A stretch of 40,099 nt of DNA, taken from Candidatus Heimdallarchaeota archaeon (GTDB lineage: Archaea; Asgardarchaeota; Heimdallarchaeia; JABLTI01). The DNA lies in contig JAHLVW010000009.1 in NCBI GenBank assembly GCA_019058275.1, forward strand, positions 1-40,099, given 5' to 3'. How positions within the stretch are numbered: the first letter of the stretch is position 1; each line of letters opens with the position of its first letter. Under the pieces are notes generated by a model. It did no database searches. It saw nothing but the letters and a program-made list of their open reading frames with translations, and was not told where the DNA came from. The translations under genes were made by a program, and so were the position numbers. Below are positions 36,233-40,099 of the stretch, one piece after another.

Positions 36233-37129
36233 TTATTTTGTCTTCAATAACCAGTCTGGATCAAAATTACCAATATAACTAAGAGTAAGCAATTTTTTAC
36301 CGACATAGAATGAATTTATTACGCCTTCTTCTTGGATAATGATTTCTTTATTATTAGGGTTATTTGCTTGCAAGTGTTTGGCAAGTTCTTCTGCAGCTTC
36401 ATGCCAGCGAGTGTGCCCGATTATTAAAAGATTATTTTCAGGGATCATATTAGTAAGAGCTTTTACACCGAATTTCTTAATTTGTTCAATGATGAGGTCA
36501 TCTTTTGCGCGTATCTTACCATAGATAAATATCTCATCATCCTTAAATCCTAAAATTGGCTTGAAACTTAGCATATCTGATAAAAATTTCTTAACTTTAG
36601 ACAAACACGTTTTTACAAGATTGTCCAAAGTATTGATGATACCTGAATATTGTACCTGTGGAATCCAACTTTCAAGTTGTTTGACGATTTCATCTTTGGT
36701 TTTTCCTTGAGCTGCTAATCTAGCTGCTTCGATAACTAGAACACCTATACCAATACTGTTGACACCACCATGATAAATACTGATATCCTTATCTGGCAAA
36801 TACTGTTCTATGATTTTAACTGCGTTATTATATACACCCGATAATTTATGGGTGATGAAGATAGCAATAACTGAATCAGCAGTTTCTAATGCTTGTTCAA
36901 AAGTCTTAACAAAATGACCTGGACCAGGAATAGCTGTTGAAGGTATTTCTTTTTCAGAAAGTTCGTAAAATTCTTTCCAAGTGAGTCCTTCCTCTATTCC
37001 ATAGGATTTGAAAGATTTCTCTTCGAAATTAATAATGATTGGTAAGATAGAAATATTAAGTTCTTTTGCAATTACAGGTGGAATATCTCCTGATGCATCA
37101 GTAACAATTGCTACTTTTCTTTGAGCCAT
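36233..37129 (-). CDS. DegV-family fatty-acid-binding protein
   Basis: VAIVTDASGDIP, PSTAIPGP, KLSGVYNNA, LSFKPIL; start placed at MAQRK (37129) behind AAGGAG. Confidence 0.9.
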   Translation of the reverse strand: MAQRKVAIVTDASGDIPPVIAKELNISILPIIINFEEKSFKSYGIEEGLTWKEFYELSEKEIPSTAIPGPGHFVKTFEQALETADSVIAIFITHKLSGVYNNAVKIIEQYLPDKDISIYHGGVNSIGIGVLVIEAARLAAQGKTKDEIVKQLESWIPQVQYSGIINTLDNLVKTCLSKVKKFLSDMLSFKPILGFKDDEIFIYGKIRAKDDLIIEQIKKFGVKALTNMIPENNLLIIGHTRWHEAAEELAKHLQANNPNNKEIIIQEEGVINSFYVGKKLLTLSYIGNFDPDWLLKTK

Positions 37130-37306
37130 AGATTGATGTCTCCTTAGGATTAACAATTTATTGTCGATAATTGTTAATTGAAATATTTTGTATAATACTT
37201 GTACTTATTTAACTATTATGTGTGTACTAAACTAATTTTGAGTAAAAACAAATTTTTAGAATTATTTTTCTAATAGGTAATTTTAAATTGTTGTATTTTA
37301 CCTCAC

Positions 37307-37320
37307 TGTGTTCGAACACA
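37307..37320. promoter_or_regulatory. Perfect 14-bp palindrome TGTGTTCGAACACA, putative TF site upstream of the icd promoter
   Basis: Immediately 5' of AAAAGTGTTTAAAAAG (BRE/TATA-like, 37321-37336) in the divergent degV/icd spacer. Confidence 0.55.
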
Positions 37321-37377
37321 AAAAGTGTTTAAAAAGATTGATTATTGATATACCGACTAAAATTTGGAAGGTATAAA

Positions 37378-38679
37378 ATGACCCCGTATGAAAAACTAAC
37401 ACCTCCTAAAGATGGTGAAAAAATAACAATTGATGATAAGGGCAAACTTGTTGTTCCAGATAAACCTATAATTCCCTATATAGCAGGGGATGGTATTGGA
37501 CCGGAAGTTGTAGAAGCTATGCGAGCAGTAGTTGATGCTGCTGTAAAAAAAGTCTATATAGGTAAAAAAGAAATCATTTGGTTTGAAGTCTTTGCTGGAG
37601 AAAAAGCTCGAGAGATTTATGCTGCAGATTACTCTGAAGAGCAATTGAAGAAGATGGATCCAAAGAAAATTAGAGATCTCTTTTTACCAATTGATACATT
37701 AAAAGCAATTACAGAACATATTGTAGCAATAAAAGGACCTTTGACAACACCAATTGGTGGTGGTTTTAGAAGTTTAAATGTTGCAATTAGACAAAGATTA
37801 GACCTTTATTCATGTGTTAGACCTGCGAAACATATCAAAGGTGTACCTGCACCAGTAAAGCATCCTGAAAAAGTAGATATGGTAATCTTTAGAGAAAATA
37901 TCGAAGATGTCTATTCAGGAATTGAATTCGAACCTGAATCTGCAGATGCTAAAAAACTCATTAAATTCTTGAATGATGAATTAGGAACAAATGTCCTTAT
38001 GGAATCGGGTATAGGTATTAAACCAATGTCTTGGGCAAATACTTCCAGATTAGTCAGAATGGCAATTAACTATGCTTTTGAGAAAAATTACAAATCAGTC
38101 ACTTTAGTTCATAAAGGTAATATCATGAAATTTACAGAAGGCAAATTCAAAGATTGGGGTTATAAATTAGCTGCTGAAGAATTTCCTGATACTGTAATAA
38201 GTGAAAAAGATTTGTGGGATAACTATGATGGTAAACTTCCTGAAGGTAAAATCCTCATCAAAGACAGAATTGCTGACTCAATGTTCCAACAAATATTACT
38301 TCGTCCTGATGAATATGATATACTTGCACTACCAAATCTAAATGGAGATTATATAAGTGATGCATTAGCAGCTCAAATTGGTGGTTTAGGTTTTGCACCA
38401 GGAGGAAATATCGGTGATAAAGCTGCTGTTTTTGAAGCGACTCATGGTACTGCACCAAAACATGCTGGTAAGAATAAGGTAAACCCCGGATCAGTTATTT
38501 TCTCAGCTGTAATGATGTTAGATTACATGAGTTGGGTTGAAGCTGTTGAAATGATAAATAAAGCAATAGAGAAAACAGTCTTACAAAAGAAAGTGACCTA
38601 TGATATAGCAAGACAGCTAAAAGATGTAAAACCAATAGGAACTTCTGATTTTGCGGAAGCAATAATATCCAATATGTAA
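37378..38679 (+). CDS. icd: Isocitrate dehydrogenase (prokaryotic homodimeric type)
   Basis: [69 protein letters not shown]; start placed at MTPYEK (37378). Confidence 0.95.
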   Translation: MTPYEKLTPPKDGEKITIDDKGKLVVPDKPIIPYIAGDGIGPEVVEAMRAVVDAAVKKVYIGKKEIIWFEVFAGEKAREIYAADYSEEQLKKMDPKKIRDLFLPIDTLKAITEHIVAIKGPLTTPIGGGFRSLNVAIRQRLDLYSCVRPAKHIKGVPAPVKHPEKVDMVIFRENIEDVYSGIEFEPESADAKKLIKFLNDELGTNVLMESGIGIKPMSWANTSRLVRMAINYAFEKNYKSVTLVHKGNIMKFTEGKFKDWGYKLAAEEFPDTVISEKDLWDNYDGKLPEGKILIKDRIADSMFQQILLRPDEYDILALPNLNGDYISDALAAQIGGLGFAPGGNIGDKAAVFEATHGTAPKHAGKNKVNPGSVIFSAVMMLDYMSWVEAVEMINKAIEKTVLQKKVTYDIARQLKDVKPIGTSDFAEAIISNM

Positions 38680-38708
38680 ACTTTGTTACAGCGCGTAGGT
38701 ATAGAAAG

Positions 38709-40099
38709 ATGACTAGTAAAAATATAGTGCAAAAAATACTGGAAGAACATGATATATCAGAAAAATCAATTCTAGAATATAATCATGGAGATCCAATCTT
38801 TGTAAAAGTTGCCCAATGCATAACTCAAGATGCAACAGGAACTATGGCTTGGTTGGAATTTGAAGCAATAAACATTCCCGAAGTTACTGTTCCCTTAGTT
38901 GTTTCTTATATCGATCACAACATGTTGCAAACCGATTTTCGAAATGCTGATGATCATCAATTTTTACAAACAATCGCTGCAAAAAAGGGAGCTATAATGT
39001 CTCGACCTGGAAATGGTATTATACATCAAGTTCATCTTGAGAATTTTGCTGCTCCAGGTAAAATACTGTTAGGAACAGATTCACACACTCCTACTGCTGG
39101 AGGTGTAGGTTCAATGGCTATTGGTGTTGGAGGATTAGTTGTAGCTAGTGCAATAGCTGGAGAACCTTTTGAGTTAAAATTCCCAAAAGTAATCAAAGTT
39201 CAACTTACTGGCAAACTAAATCGTCCATGGGTAACTGCTATGGATATAATTTTAGAACTACTAAAAATTAAAGGAGTCAGAGGAGGGCTCAAAACCATCT
39301 TTGAGTACTCTGGTCCAGGTATAAAAGATTTGACTGCACCTGAAAGGGCTACAATAACCAATATGGGTGCAGAATTAGGAGCAACAACATCAATCTTTCC
39401 TAGCGATGAGCACACAAAACACTTCTTGATTGCTCAAGATAGAGAAAACGATTACATTCCATTAGAAGCAGATGAAGATGCTCAATATGATGAAATCATA
39501 GAAATTGATCTGTCGAAATTAGAACCAAATGTAGCATTACCACATAGTCCAGGATCTGTAGTAAAGATACGAGAATTAGTTGAAAAAACACCAATCGATA
39601 AGATACTAGGAACTATGCCAGAGAAAGTTCATAATGATATAAAAAAACATGTTGGTCGTCTGTATGAACGAGATTTGTACATAGATCAAGTATGTATTGG
39701 TAGTTGTACAAATTCATCATATTTAGCACTAGCAAGTGTTGCTTCTATTGTTAAAGGAAAAGAAATAGCATCAAATGTTAGCATGACTGTTTCACCTGGT
39801 TCAAAGAATGTCTTTACACAAATAGCTCAAGATGGACTATTAACAGATATTATAGCTTCTGGAGCTAGGCTACTGGAAAGTGGGTGTGGTCCCTGTATTG
39901 GTATGGGTCAAACTCCACCTACAAATGGTCTATCAGTTAGGACTTTCAATAGGAATTTCTACGGTCGAACAGGTGAAAAAAGCGCTGGTTCATTCCTATT
40001 AAGTCCAACATCTGCAGCACTTATAGCATTAAAAGGACGATTTGTAGATCCACTAAAAGAAAAAGAGATTAAACCAGAAATTTTCTCTGAACCAGAAAA
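38709..40099 (+). CDS. Aconitate hydratase (archaeal/Aquifex-type), runs off the window
   Basis: Not in the ORF track. Manual translation from ATG 38709: TQDATGTMA, YIDHNMLQ, PGNGIIHQVHLE, GTDSHT, IGSCTNSS, CGPCIGMG, RTFNRNF. Confidence 0.93.
   Translation, partial: MTSKNIVQKILEEHDISEKSILEYNHGDPIFVKVAQCITQDATGTMAWLEFEAINIPEVTVPLVVSYIDHNMLQTDFRNADDHQFLQTIAAKKGAIMSRPGNGIIHQVHLENFAAPGKILLGTDSHTPTAGGVGSMAIGVGGLVVASAIAGEPFELKFPKVIKVQLTGKLNRPWVTAMDIILELLKIKGVRGGLKTIFEYSGPGIKDLTAPERATITNMGAELGATTSIFPSDEHTKHFLIAQDRENDYIPLEADEDAQYDEIIEIDLSKLEPNVALPHSPGSVVKIRELVEKTPIDKILGTMPEKVHNDIKKHVGRLYERDLYIDQVCIGSCTNSSYLALASVASIVKGKEIASNVSMTVSPGSKNVFTQIAQDGLLTDIIASGARLLESGCGPCIGMGQTPPTNGLSVRTFNRNFYGRTGEKSAGSFLLSPTSAALIALKGRFVDPLKEKEIKPEIFSEPE

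Noticed and set aside
1011-39415. Short ORF-track entries overlapping longer genes (e.g. 1011, 1166, 5542, 6361, 6515, 9698, 11897, 12392, 14766, 15772, 16121, 16769, 16938, 18164, 19502, 23951, 24377, 25520, 27704, 29586, 32043, 33164, 33239, 35630, 36339, 37396, 38258, 39200)
   Set aside because: Antisense or alternate-frame shadows of well-supported genes; no recognisable motifs.
1-40099. CRISPR array, rRNA, transposase, integrase or prophage
   Set aside because: No periodic repeat-spacer pattern, long GC-rich RNA gene or mobile-element protein motifs seen.

Overview
AT-rich archaeal chromosomal segment, most likely from an Asgard archaeon (inferred from an Asgard-type profilin, RING-finger proteins, archaeal-type ValRS and DRG GTPase, and a PGF-CTERM-like surface protein). 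Intact housekeeping genes: PhzF-like isomerase, UPF0173 metallo-hydrolase, valS, DRG GTPase, ferredoxin/AOR, DegV, icd, aconitase. Interleaved with these are: (i) eukaryote-like modules, namely an overlapping paralogous pair of Zn-ribbon/RING proteins, a membrane-anchored subtilase that resembles eukaryotic Site-1 protease beyond the catalytic domain, a profilin, and a 1012-aa coiled-coil/acidic/PRC-barrel-like protein; (ii) a small surface-glycan cassette (TagF-like, IPCT-like, GT4) bordered by pseudogene debris, an inverted 67-bp copy of part of its own GT4 gene and a tRNA-3'-end-like remnant; (iii) a cluster of tiny TM2/DUF4234 membrane proteins; (iv) a candidate promoter-driven ~90-nt structured sRNA. 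No CRISPR array, rRNA, complete tRNA, transposase or integrase was seen. All family calls come from motif recognition by eye; no database searches were run.
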